NCBI GenBank assembly: GCA_964016885.1
Contig: OZ024747.1
Span: 84,506,001 to 84,570,000 of the forward strand
From: Eledone cirrhosa
Lineage: Eukaryota
DNA length: 64,000 nucleotides
Direction of reading: 5' to 3'
Every line of letters begins with the position of its first letter. Position 1 is the first letter of the stretch. Shown here in pieces: positions 51,101-62,668 of this stretch. The translations under genes were made by a program, and so were the position numbers. The notes beneath the pieces are model-generated. The model worked only from the letters and a program-made list of their open reading frames with translations. It was not told the DNA's origin and made no database searches.

Positions 51101-54100
51101 CCACATGCAACAAAAGGCAGGCGAAAGGGGTGGACAACCGAGAATATAATTGAAAATGACCCTTTGAATTGACCCTTTTAATACCAAACATCCTGAAACT
51201 GCCTCTCACTTAACAATACTAAATTGTTTATTGCAAAGTGATTATATTTGTATAAACATCTTCCATCATAATTTAATGTACAAATCTTTGTTAATTTATG
51301 CTCCAAACATTAGCTTAAAATTGAGAAAGTTATATCACCTAACACCTCAAATTTGGATTATTTTCAAGATGGTTTGAAAATCTTAGAGTCTCTTTCATTA
51401 GAATTACAGTAATAAAAAGATTATGTTTTGTTCTAAACATGAGTTTAATAATGAGAAAGTTAGTTATAATTACTAAATTACTCCAAATTCTTGATCATTT
51501 TCAAAATGATTTGAAAGTAATGTCTGTCATTAGAAATATGATAATAAAAGGGTTAAATCAGAACTAGTATCAATAATAGAATTCCTTGCTTTTTTACCAT
51601 TCATAACTCAAGATGTAAAGAAATATATTTCTCACCTGATCAATACCAAGTTTTCTTATTGAATTTGTGATATTGTTATTAACTAAATCATGGAACAAGA
51701 CAATACGTGGCTTCAGACTGAGAATCTCTGCTTTACCAAATGATAGCTGCTTATGTGTAGGATGTAAGTAACAATAGAGTTGTGATGTTTTCTTAACTGG
51801 CTGTAAAAAAGATAAAATACAGAACATAGAAATATCAAAGATAAGTTCCTAGTAATATAAAAACTATTACAGCCTTCATTTGCAAGCAGGTATGACTTGG
51901 GAGTAATACTCAGACACCCACTCAACCAACCCTCTATTAATCCAGTGGAACATGCAGGAATGTGGCAGCTGAAAGGACAAAGGGATTAACCAGCACCGGG
52001 CTAGTACTTTCTTTATCAACCCTGAAAGGATGAAAGACAAAGTGGACTTGATGAGATTTGCACTCAGAATGCTGAGACCTCGGAGAAAGATCCAACTCTC
52101 TAATGACACTCCCAATTTGACCACTTTACCTAGCAGTATAAATAATACATGAAGCAGTTCAATGAAAAAAAATTCAACAACAACAAATATTTTAAGGCCA
52201 TTTTCCTTGTTAAAATAAAGGTGAGCCTTGCTGCCTCTATATAGTCTTTTTTGAGCCAATGTTTAACTGTGTCTATCTGGTTTAGAATAGGTACACTATA
52301 TCCCTGTATGTTGTAAGAAGTGACTAAAAGAGTGGCTGTCGAAAAGGGCATCTGGCAGTAAAAATTTGCCTCAAAAAAGTCCTGTTCAACCCATGCCAGC
52401 ATGGAAAAGTCGATGTAAAAAAGATGATGATGATGTTTTACTACTGGATATCATTCCTGGCAACAACCCTTTTAGGTACCTCTTACAACATGCCTAGATA
52501 CTGTGTACCTATTCAAAACTAGATATACTGTAAATTGCAAGGAAAGAATAACTGGTTATTTAGATTAATAAATATATTAGAAAACTTATTTTGATTACAC
52601 TTTGTTTTGAGTAAATACATGAATAAATGTTTGTGAGGGGAAAGAGATGTAATATTTAGGCGTCATCAGATTTGCAGTATCTGTTCCAGTTCTCTGTGTT
52701 CTGGTTTCAAAACCAGCCATGGTTAACTTTTCTTTTCATTCTTTCAGCATTAATAATTAAAGTTCCAATCCAAGACAGGGTTTACAAACTTATTAGAGTG
52801 CCGGACATGATGCCCAGTGGTAGCTGTTCTGGCCTTGTACACCCTGGGTTAAAATCCAACTTCCTTGTCACTGGAAAAATGGTGATATGAGAAAACTGGG
52901 GCTTGTATCATTAAAACAGCCAAGAAACTTTCTGTAATATGCCACTTGAAAGTAGGCTGGCCAAACTTGCACAGTTGTGAACCATAACAACAACATATAC
53001 AGTCATCTTTGGCTATATCTTTCTTAGTTTTACACTTCTACTTCTTTCTACATTCATTTCCATCACTCCTTTTACTCAATTATTTTCATTTTTCTTCAAC
53101 ACATGACCCAGCCAACTCATTCCATTTCTCTTCACAACAATATAGCTGTGTCATTAATAAAGAAAGACAAGTTAATTTACCTGAACAATTTCTTTAAGAC
53201 ATAATTTCTCATATTTTGCTTCTTGAATGTCTTCTGGAATTTTTGCCTCTATTTTGCCAGGAGAATTTCTTTGGGACTTTAGTTTCTTCTCAAAAAAGTT
53301 CCTATTTTCTTTTGCACGTTTATTATGGGGGTCTAAAATGGATATAACATAACTTAGACATGGTATAACATAATAATACTTAATAATGAAAAAGTTAATT
53401 ACTTTATTAAGTTCCTCCAAATATATATATATATGTACATAATATTTGAAGGTGTTTAATAAAACAACTAACATTTTCAATATATATATATATGTAACTG
53501 CTTCTTTTAAAGTATTCATACTTATATTAAAATTAAAGCCTTTTATCATAAATCTATGTAAGAACATTCTTTAAGTAATTCTCTGAACTTCTCCTTAATC
53601 ATTTCATTGCCATATTTCTAATGAAATACATTGCCAATGTCTTTCAGTTAATTTTGAAAATAATCAAATATTTGGAAGAATTTAACAAAAAAAAAAAGAG
53701 AGCTGATCATGAAATGATGAACCCCACAGAGATGATGATGAAGGAATACAACAAATAGAAGGATGCTGTGTTGGAAAAGACCCATCTAGCCCATGGAAGC
53801 ATTTGAAAAGAAGTTGATGATAATGATATAGAGAATTCTTGCTGTCAAAAGTTGCAAAAGATAAAAATTTAAATATTTATAAACTTACCTGCATCAAGAA
53901 GTTCATTCAGTACTTTGATTGCTTCTTCATATTGTCCCATCTGAGGATACAAAAAGTGAATAAATTTCTTAATTAGCCTTGAACATTTGGTTATCATGGA
54001 CACTGGAGGTCTTGATGGCAACCAGCTTGAATAGAAAGTAGCTGGTCAAGTCCTGCTCTTTGAATATTTGATTATTTGATATATTTAGGACTAGATTTGT

Positions 54101-57100
54101 AGGAGTTGAAGGTTTAGAAGTGTTCATTTTTTTGTTAATGATACCAGTGTAACCATTGGAGAGAGGTTGCTACAGAAAATAGGAGACCAGGATAGTGGAT
54201 AGTAATAGATGTATATTTGTATCGACCTGTAATTCTTGATGGAGTTATATAGGTGCCACCACACCATAAACATGGCAGAGCCCATCCCTCTCCAGATTTG
54301 AACACAACTGATTTCTTCCACAGAAGAAGAGAGATGCAGTGAGAAAAACCTATAGAGGAAGAATTGACCCCAGTACTGGACTAATAATTTTTTTATCAAC
54401 TTCAAAAGGGTAAAAGGAAAAGTTGACCTCAACAGGATGTGAACTCAAAAAGTAGAATTTGAACTGAGAGAGCACAAAAACCAGAACAAATAGCACAAAA
54501 CATTATATTCAACATTCTAATATAACTGCCAATTCACTGCACTCAGTGATAGATAGTTTGTAAAAGGTTATAAAAAGGTATTCAAGGTGCAGGCACAGCT
54601 GTGTGGTTAAGGAGTTTGCTTCACAACTTTAGGGATTACTCCCACTATTGAGACCTTCAGCAAGTGTCTTTTACTATGACCATTGGTTGACCATTGTCTT
54701 GTGAATGAAATTTGGTTGGTAGAAACTGTTTAGAAGCCTATTATATATCATCATCATCATCACTGTTTAACATCTATTTTCAAAGCTTGCATGGGTTAGT
54801 CAGACTGTCATGTTATGAGGCTTGACAGGTCAGATGACCATGTCTTGTTTATATGAACTGTTTTGGGATTGGGTTCTATAGTTGGATCCCCTTACTAATG
54901 CCGACTACCTTACAGCATATATTGGGGGCAGTTTTGTGGCACAAAACCTTACAGGATGGACTGGCTGCTTTTTGTCATGATATCAGCATGACTACCTTAC
55001 AAGGTTGACTGGGTGCTTTTTGTTGTGGCACGAGTATGACCCCCTTACAGGGTAGACTGGGTGCTTTTTTGTTGTGACACCTACACTACCACCTTACAGG
55101 GTGAACCAGGTGCTTTTTGTGCGTTTACTTTTGTTTTTGTGTCTGGGATTATGTCCTGTAACTTAGCTGTTTGACAAAAAGAGATTGATAAAATAAGTAC
55201 TAGATTTGATATGATTAACTAAAATTCCTCCCCTACCTTTTTCCTTTTTTTTTAATTAAGAATCTTCTCACCTCAAACAAAGAAGATGCTAACAGGCTTA
55301 AGATGCTGGTGATATTTAACATACGGTTATCCAGCATCTCATCAGAACATTTCTCTTTCTTGCCTTCTCTCTTGCACACTTTGAGGGCTTCCCGTAGCCA
55401 CTGTGTGGCTGTGTAGAAGTTATCTTCATCAAAAACCATACGGGAAATTTGGAAAAGGTCGGTGACTGTAGGTTTCTGAAGGGAGTGTTTGTCATCGATT
55501 GTGCCATTCACAAGTAGTGCAAGATCTATATTGTTTAGATACTGCATCCGAGCTAAACCCCAGGAAATTGTGATGAAGTCTCCTTCGTCGGGGAAACTCT
55601 CTCTTAAATCATCCAACTTCTGACGCAAACCTAAGGAGAAAAAAGAATATAAACACAAAGATAAGAATTAAAAACCAAAAAATAATCATGGTATGTGTGA
55701 GACATATAGACCAATACACATAATTATACATAACCAGCCATGCAAACACAGACCTGTAAATATACAAATTGTTTGTGCATGTGCACACATGCACACATGC
55801 ACACACACACACACACAAATACAAGTGTTGATCGCGGTATTCCAGATAAATCGACTTATGTTGCCTTCCTGCAAATATGATATCAACATATATAGTTTAA
55901 CCTTTGCTAGAAAAAATGGACATTAAATAATAATAATAATGGCATATGTAACAAATCACTTTCAAATATAATGGATTTGGAAATATATATATATAGAATG
56001 GTAAAAAGAAGATAAATTCCAGGCACTAACCTTTGTGTTGAATTTTCTTTTCCAGAACGTTTTCAATAAGCCTCAACCATTTATGATGGAGTCGTTTGAT
56101 TAAGTGAAAAGCATTAAATGGGTGGTTAAGATATGTTTCTAGATCAGTGCCAACAACTTTATGGATAGCTTTCGATTGATTAATTTGACTGAAATGAAAC
56201 AACAAAAAATTCCTATAATTGATAGTTTGCAATCTAATGAAACAATCCTATTTTACATAGAGCTGCTTCCTTTATACAAATACAGTAAGGTTTTGAATAT
56301 GTATCATAATGTGTCGAAAAACTTGAATTAACTGAGATTATCTATGCTGCCATGCAGTATTTTCCATAGGCCATGTTGGTGAAATTTTGAAGTAGTTGTT
56401 TTACTTACCATCTAATGAACTGTAGCAATGAATAAATAGGTGGTCAAAGTTGATGGAAACTATGGAGTAAGAAGACACATAAAGACCTGGGATGAGGTGA
56501 TAACAGCTGACCTTGTGCAATTGCACCTCTCAAAGATAATGACACAGGATCAAGATCTTTGGTGTTATGCACTAATACAGAAGACACACCTTTCCATGCA
56601 CACAGACTCAAACATACATCCATTAAGCACCTCTTAAACACTTAACCCCTATACCCAATTCCATACATTCCCCCGCATGCTCCAACACCCACCCATCCAC
56701 TTCTGTCCACACCACCCTTATACTATAAAGTTATGTAGGTATCACAACAAAAAAGCACCCAGCCCACACCATAAGGTGGTTATGTAGGTGTCATGACAAA
56801 AAAGCACCCAGCCCACACCATAAGGTGGTTATGTAGGTATCACAACAAAAAAGCACCCAGCCCACACCATAAGGTGGTTATGTAGGTGTCATGACAAAAA
56901 GCACCCAGCACACAGTGTAAATGTGGTTGGCATTAGCAAGGGTAAACCTAGCCAGAAACAGTTCCGTATGAGCAAGACACGATCACCTGATCCAACATAC
57001 TGCTAATGCGACAACCCATCTAACCCATGCTAGCATGGAAAATAGACATCAAGTGATGATGATGATGATGATACATGAATCACTCTTTTTCTGGAAAGGA

Positions 57101-57969
57101 TACTAGCCTAACACTAGTAACATTCCCAAATATGATAGTTTGCTTCCTACAGTTAGGTAAACTAAGCTACATGTAAACAAACTGAAGTATGAGGTGATGC
57201 TCATGAAGATGCTTGGATACTCCTGTGTCTTAGCCTTTCTATCACTCACAGTAATGGCTTGAGTGTCTTGGATTGCTTTGAAAATCTTTAGAGGGCACCA
57301 CCAGCATTTCCTCTTGTGTGTAATTGAATGTGCATGCATGTGTTTTCCATTTTCTTTTCTTCTTTCTAACTCTTTTTATTAATTTTTTTCTTTTGTAAAT
57401 TATTTATTAGTGTTTCATCATTCATTCCTCCCCCAAATTACTGGCCTTGTGCCTATACTAAAAATCATTATATAAATATTTTAAACTTTCAAATCTAGAG
57501 AGACATAGTAAAATCAACTTAGAACCTATAAAATGCAAGTCCAATAGTTTCTCAAACTGAATATTTCATCTCTACAAATGTATGTAATTATATTATTAAA
57601 TATATATTTTATAGATTAAAAAATGTATTAATAAACATATATTTTATAAATTTAAAAAATTGTATTTACTAATATATATTTCACAGATTAAGAAAAAATG
57701 AATGTAATAAAATAAAATAGAAATACTTACGTTTCTATGTTAATTATGTCTAACTCTGTAGGACTGTTCGCAAATATCTCTTCATTTCGCAACATCTGCA
57801 TTAAAGTGATGATCTCTGATTCTAAACTATATTGCTGTTCTAAATTGATGTATGATGAAAGAGCTGTGTTGGTTATCCGTTTTGAGTAAATAGCAGAAAC
57901 ATTGAGGCAAATCCATATCGAAAGGGCAGCAGTGGTTATAATGACATTAAAATGTGCCATAATAACCAT
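38209..57969 (-). CDS. Divergent prolyl 4-hydroxylase alpha-like gene 3 lacking the catalytic residues (probable pseudoenzyme; 13-14 exons, ~542-553 aa)
   Basis: Minus-strand exons 57969-57731, 56188-56031, 55630-55272, 53940-53889, 53332-53181, 51800-51636, 50761-50715, (46398-46366 optional), 45080-44972, 44025-43981, 40230-40186, 39847-39779, 39210-39138, 38324-38209. All are GT-AG and in phase, and several lengths match gene 1 (52, 152, 165, 69 nt). Motifs: YLNHPFNAFHLIKRL, FPDEGD, DPHNKRAKENRNFF, YEKLC, PRIVLFHD, LNDITEGGQIVFP, GSVLFWY, CP. Exons 50761-50715 and 46398-46366 are the least certain. Confidence 0.82.
38440..38632. mobile_element. piggyBac-like MITE family B
   Basis: TTAACCCTTTT...ATCAAAAGGGTTAA. 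Related copies near 21205-21424, 32641-32893, 39948-40099 and 51170-51556. Confidence 0.6.
40392..42965 (-). mobile_element. ~2.6-kb 5'-truncated RTE-clade LINE (RT with PHD-like finger)
   Basis: ORFs 41956-42897, 41057-41923 and 40740-41273: NYRGIKL, QFGF, AFVDLEKAFDRVPR, VGVHQG, LLYADDL, CSVC..CPKC..WVHKRC..CGQC, FRYLG, GRPRKTW. (GAT)n tail at 40392-40415. Confidence 0.93.
43008..43378 (+). mobile_element. Possible non-autonomous Helitron
   Basis: A|TC start at 43008. The 3' hairpin CTAGCAGAAAACCACCCGAAGGGTGATTTTTCTGCTAG ends in CTAG|T. Confidence 0.45.
44130..44820 (+). mobile_element. Tc1/mariner-superfamily transposase relic
   Basis: LFFSDEKNFEQDQ motif at ~44761-44800, preceded by an HTH-like degraded region. 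Confidence 0.55.
45510..46162 (+). mobile_element. RTE LINE 3' fragment
   Basis: KVDGSYGVER..KTWDEVIKADL, followed by 3' UTR repeats and (GAT)n. Confidence 0.75.
47188..47590. repeat. Local tandem duplications (~101 bp x2 and ~61 bp x2-3)
   Basis: TTATTGAGGTGTATGGCTTGCC...GTATTCAT occurs twice (47188-47388). ACTAAATATTTTAATATATCTGAAGTG units follow. Confidence 0.85.
47590..50226 (+). mobile_element. ~2.6-kb 5'-truncated RTE-clade LINE (second subfamily)
   Basis: PGEECTSQHSLVVSD (end of APE). ORFs 47937-48437, 48536-48943, 49172-49480 and 49504-49899 carry RT motifs and the PHD-like finger. (GAT)n tail; ATCTGAA on both flanks. Confidence 0.93.
56440..57072 (+). mobile_element. RTE 3' fragment whose UTR carries a 49-bp tandem array
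   Basis: KVDGNYGVRRHIKTWDEVITADL. Alternating 49-bp units at 56731-56910. (GAT)n tail. Confidence 0.8.
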
Positions 57970-60035
57970 GTTGGACACTAGAGAAAGAATAATAACAACA
58001 GCAATAATAATGATTGTTTCTACTTTTAGAACAAAGCCAGCAATTATCCCAGTGCATTACTGGTACTTTATTTTATTGACCCTGTAAGGATGAAAGGCAA
58101 GGTTAACCTTGGCGGGATTTGAACTCAGACCATAAAGGGGTGTAACTATGCTGCAAAGCATGGTGTCCGACCCTCTACCGACACTGCCAATCCATACTTT
58201 AGGCATAAGACCAGCAATTTGAAGTGGGAGGGGAAAGTCAATTAAATTGGCCCTAGTGCATTACTGGTGCTTTAATTTATCGACCCCGTAAGGATGAAAG
58301 GCAAAGCTAACCTCAGCAGAATTTGAACTCAGAATGTAAAGAGCTGTAACTCTATGCTGCAAAACATGTTGTCCAGCATTCTACTGATTCTGCTAATCTG
58401 CCATGATAATAATAAAAATATTTTTGTTTCTACTTTAGGTACAAGGCCAGCACCCAATAATTATAGTTTTCTCCCCAAACTACCAAAACACACATCTATT
58501 TCTATATGCGCTACAATTTATGTAAATTGTGTTTATAACATATCAAAGTTTCTTATATCTTGGTTGATATTTAATAACAGCTAAATTAATTACTACAACT
58601 AACCCATGCTAGCATGGAAGATGGACGTTAAACAATGATGATGATGAAATTGACCAAATTCCACCCCCTTTCCTTCCACCGCCCCTGTAGATCCTCTATT
58701 TATTCCACCAATATACTTTAAATTGTTAATTAATTTGAATGTTGAAATTTCTGATTAATAAAAATTACTTCTTATTTAGTAAATTATACAACAGAGATGT
58801 TTAAACATGTGTTAGGATACCTTTGATATCAGAAACAGGTAATAATCCGGTATTATCTTTAGTGCTCTCTCATCAATCTATGTACACTGAAATGTTTGGG
58901 TTTTGTGGCTCCTTTCTGGTTTCAAAATACAGAAATTTTCTTCGAATCAAAAAATCAGAAGTTATTTTATGCTTAAAATTACAGTTCGTCTTGATTGTTT
59001 TACATTCAATGGTGTTCCTTTCTTTCGTCAAATTTCAGATTATTTGGAGAAGATAGTAAAAAATTGTTATAAAATAAGAAAATATTTCATTGAAATCATA
59101 ATCTATGGATTTTTTTTTTTTTTACTGTTCCTCAGGGCTTCTTTCTTTCTTTTATTTTCTGCTTTATTTCCTTTTGTTAGGTTTCAGCTTATATGAAACA
59201 GAAGGTGAAAAATTGTTGGAATATAATAAAATATTTCATTGAAGTGATAATTTTGTACAATAATATATGGATTTATAAATTTTCCTGTGGTTTCTTTGAG
59301 GTTTTTGTTTTCTGTATTTCTCTTCCGACTTTGTTATAACGTAATCTGTGCTAGAGCCATTTTAAGAAAGAACAGACGATCCAACAAAGCAGCTTGAATG
59401 CCGATTGACTACGTTGACAATAAAGCAATTGGTGATTTCATGACATTGATTAGAAAAGAGGCAGATAATAAACGTGGATCACATTATATGTAGACAAGAA
59501 AGACAAGGCAAACAAGAAAAAGAACAGATTTGTCGCTATAAAGCAACAGCTGGGATACACATTGTGCAAACTTTGTTTAAACTTGACTACACCATTACAC
59601 ACACACATACACATATACAAACATGCACACAAACACACACACACACACATACACACATGTATGTACACGTATGTATATATGTGTGTGTGTGTGTGCAAGT
59701 GTATACAAGTATACATCTGCTTATGTGTGCTCACACACTCCAGTTATGTGTGTGTGATATACTGTGTGTATAGGTGTATATTCCTATTTCTTTGAAATTG
59801 TGTATATAATTGTTCATATGTCTGTTTGATTGAAAAGTCTTTATATTGAAGAAAATTCTGTATATGTGGTGGGGTGTGTGTGTCTGAAGGGAGGATGTGT
59901 GTTTGAAATGATATTTTGAATACTTAACAAACTCACCTTCTGTCCATAATGAAAATATAGGAAAAACAAATAAAGAAAACAGATGACCTGTCAGATATGG
60001 TCAGACAATGTGAGAGATAGAAAGATAGATAGATA

Positions 60036-60977
60036 TGTTTCTTTATTAGCCACAGGGGCACAAAAGAAGGGGACAAATACAAAGGGGGAAGTTTACATAC
60101 AATAAAAAAGTGTAAAATATTATCACAAATGCAATTTAAATATTAGTCGATTTTCCCCAATAGGGGGAGACAGTTCATATGGGTAACACATACCCCCGAA
60201 AAAATGTGCAACCCTCGTCTCCAGGTGTACGAAGAGTTTGTACTCCTTTCCTCTCCTCCTCCTTTTCCTCAACCTACAGGCTGATATAGAGAGAAGACCC
60301 ATTCACTCGGGCCATTCTCGCCACTTTCACCCACCTTTCATAAAACTTGCTGGGGTACAGCACCTCTCTTTCCATCCTGATTCTTCTTCCAAAGTGGTAT
60401 TTGAAAAAAAGAATCAGTTGTTGGCCAGAGAGAAAGGTGTCTGATCTCAGCCCTTTCAACCTTGTCCACCATACAACCTCTTTCGCCATAGCTATCACAC
60501 AAAAGAAAACCGCCTCTCCTTCGTTTTTGAAGGAGGGTGGCGGTTTGATCATGACAATGGACTCGCTGGTCAACCGGATTGGTCCCACCCGCGACAATAG
60601 TCATTCTACATAGCCCCACAGGTCGGTGACGCCCGGGCAGTGTATGAATGTGTGCGCGACGGTTTCTTCGTCTCGCACGCACCTCGGACAGATCTTTTTT
60701 GCAGGGTCCCTGCCCGGGCGCCTATGTCCGTAGAGTTTGTCTCAAACTGGTAGAGCTCCTCGGTAGCACTGCCAGGCTAGGGACTTTTGGAAGTTGTCCA
60801 TCGGTCCTGGGCGGAAGGTCCTACCGAACAGACTGGCCAGTTCATCTTCCTCTACGCCTAGAGTTTCACCGAGCGCATCGTCGCACTTGCTGCGGACCAA
60901 CCCTCTATAGAATGACGAAGTGGAGTCTCCACTGATCGCTGGGTCCGCCTGCCAGAGGGCTGTGAGCGCCTGAGCAC
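60036..60977 (-). mobile_element. Tx1/L1-clade non-LTR retrotransposon 3' end, copy A
   Basis: LAWQCYRGALPV, the CCHC knuckle ICPRCVRDEETVAHTFIHC, and AMAKEVVWWTR (zf-RVT-like). The 3' end is AATAAAGAAACA-(TATC)n. Confidence 0.85.
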
Positions 60978-60997
60978 GATAGATAGATAGATAGATA

Positions 60998-61551
60998 TGT
61001 TTCTTTATTAGCCACAGGGGCACAAAAGAAGGGGACAAATACAAAGGGGGAAGTTTACATACAATAAAAACGTGTAAAATCTTATCACAAATGCAATTTA
61101 AAAAATTAGTCGATTTTCCCCAATAGGGGGAGACAGTTCATATGGGTAACACATACCCCCGAAAAAATGTGCAACCCTCATCTCCAGGAGTACGAAGAGT
61201 TTGTACTCCTTTCCTCTCCTCCTCCTTTTCCTCAACCTAGAGAAGGCTCATTCACTCAGGCCATTCTCACCACTTTCACCCACCTTTCATAAAAATTGCT
61301 GGGGTACAGCACCTCTCTCTCCATCCTGATTCTTCTTCCAAAGTGGTATTTGAAAAAAGGAATCAGTTGTTGGCCAGAGAGAAAGGTGTCTGACCTCAGC
61401 CCTTTCAACCTTGTCCACCATACAACCTCTTTCGCCATAGCTATCACACAAAGGAAAACCGCCTCTCCTTCGTTTTTGAAGGAGGGTGGCAGTTTGATCA
61501 TGACAATGGACTCGCTGGTCAACCGGATTGGTCCCACCCGCGACAATAGTC

Positions 61552-61552
<1 letters not shown>
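60998..61552 (-). mobile_element. Tx1/L1-clade 3' end, copy B (near-identical to A, more truncated)
   Basis: Aligns to 60036-60603 with a small internal deletion. Bounded by (GATA)5 and (GATA)8. Confidence 0.85.
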
Positions 61553-61584
<32 letters not shown>

Positions 61585-62463
61585 TATTTCTTTATTAGCC
61601 ACAAGGGCGCACAAGAAAAGGGGACAATACAAAGACATGCCGGGGATTTTACATACAGTCGTGTAAAAAATATAAAAACAAACAATTACAACAATCGAAA
61701 TCCCCAATAGGGGGGAGGCGCCACAAATGGGTTGTTTAATACCCTGTCGATAGAACAACCCTCAACTCCAGGAGCATGTTGTGCAGGTGCTCCTTTCTTC
61801 CTTTTGCTCTCTTCCTCAACCTACAGGCTTATAAACAGAGAAGGCCCAATCACTCGGGCCATTTTCACTTCATTCACCCACCTTTCAGTAAATTTACTGG
61901 GGTGCAGTGCCTCTCTCTCCACCCTGATTCTCCTTCTAAAGTGATACTTAAAGAAGGGAATCAATTGTTGTCCGGAGAGAAAGGCATCTGTCCTCAGTCC
62001 TCTCAATCTCGTCCACCATATAACTTCTTTCACCATAGCCACCGTACAGAGGAAAACCGCCTCTCTTTCATTTTTGAAAGAGGCTGGCGGTTTGATCCTT
62101 ACTATGGACTCGGCAGTCAACTGGATTTGTCCCATACGCGGCAGCAGTTGTTCTGCATAGTTCCACAGGTCGATTACGCCCAGGCAGTGTACAATTGTGT
62201 GCAGGACTGTTTCAATGTCCTGCACGCATCTTGGATACGTCCTCTTGGAAAGATCCCTGCCGGGGCGTCCGTGCCTGTAGATCTTGTCACGAACCGGTAG
62301 AGCTCCTCGGTAGCACTGCCAGGCCAGGGACCTCTGGAAGTTGTCCATAGGTCTTGGGCGGAAAGTCCTACCAAACAGACTGGTGAGCTCATCGTCTTCG
62401 ACGCCCAGAGTCTCTCCGAGCATGTCGTCGCGCTTGTAACATACAATCCCTCTATAGAATGTC

Positions 62464-62466
<3 letters not shown>
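61585..62466 (-). mobile_element. Tx1/L1-clade 3' end, copy C (diverged subfamily)
   Basis: ORF 61821-62465 (214 aa): MDNFQRSLAWQCYRGALPVRDK..YPRC..ETVLHTIVHC..LW. Bounded by (GATA)8 and (GATA)15. Confidence 0.85.
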
Positions 62467-62527
<61 letters not shown>

Positions 62528-62668
62528 GAAGAGGAGGACGAGGAGGAGGAGGAGAAGGAGAAGAAGAAGAAGAAGAAGAAGAAGAAGAAGAAGAAGAAGA
62601 AGAAGAAGAAGAAGAAGAAGAAGAAGAAGAAGAAGACGAAGAAGAAGAAGAAGAAGATGATGATGATG
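62467..62668. repeat. Compound microsatellite (GATA)15-(GAG)n-(GAA)n-(GAT)n
   Basis: Read directly from the sequence. Confidence 0.95.

Noticed and set aside
38209-57969. Calling gene 3 a pseudogene
   Set aside because: No stops or frameshifts over ~1.65 kb of coding exons, with canonical splice sites and conserved phases and cysteines despite deep divergence. This argues for purifying selection.
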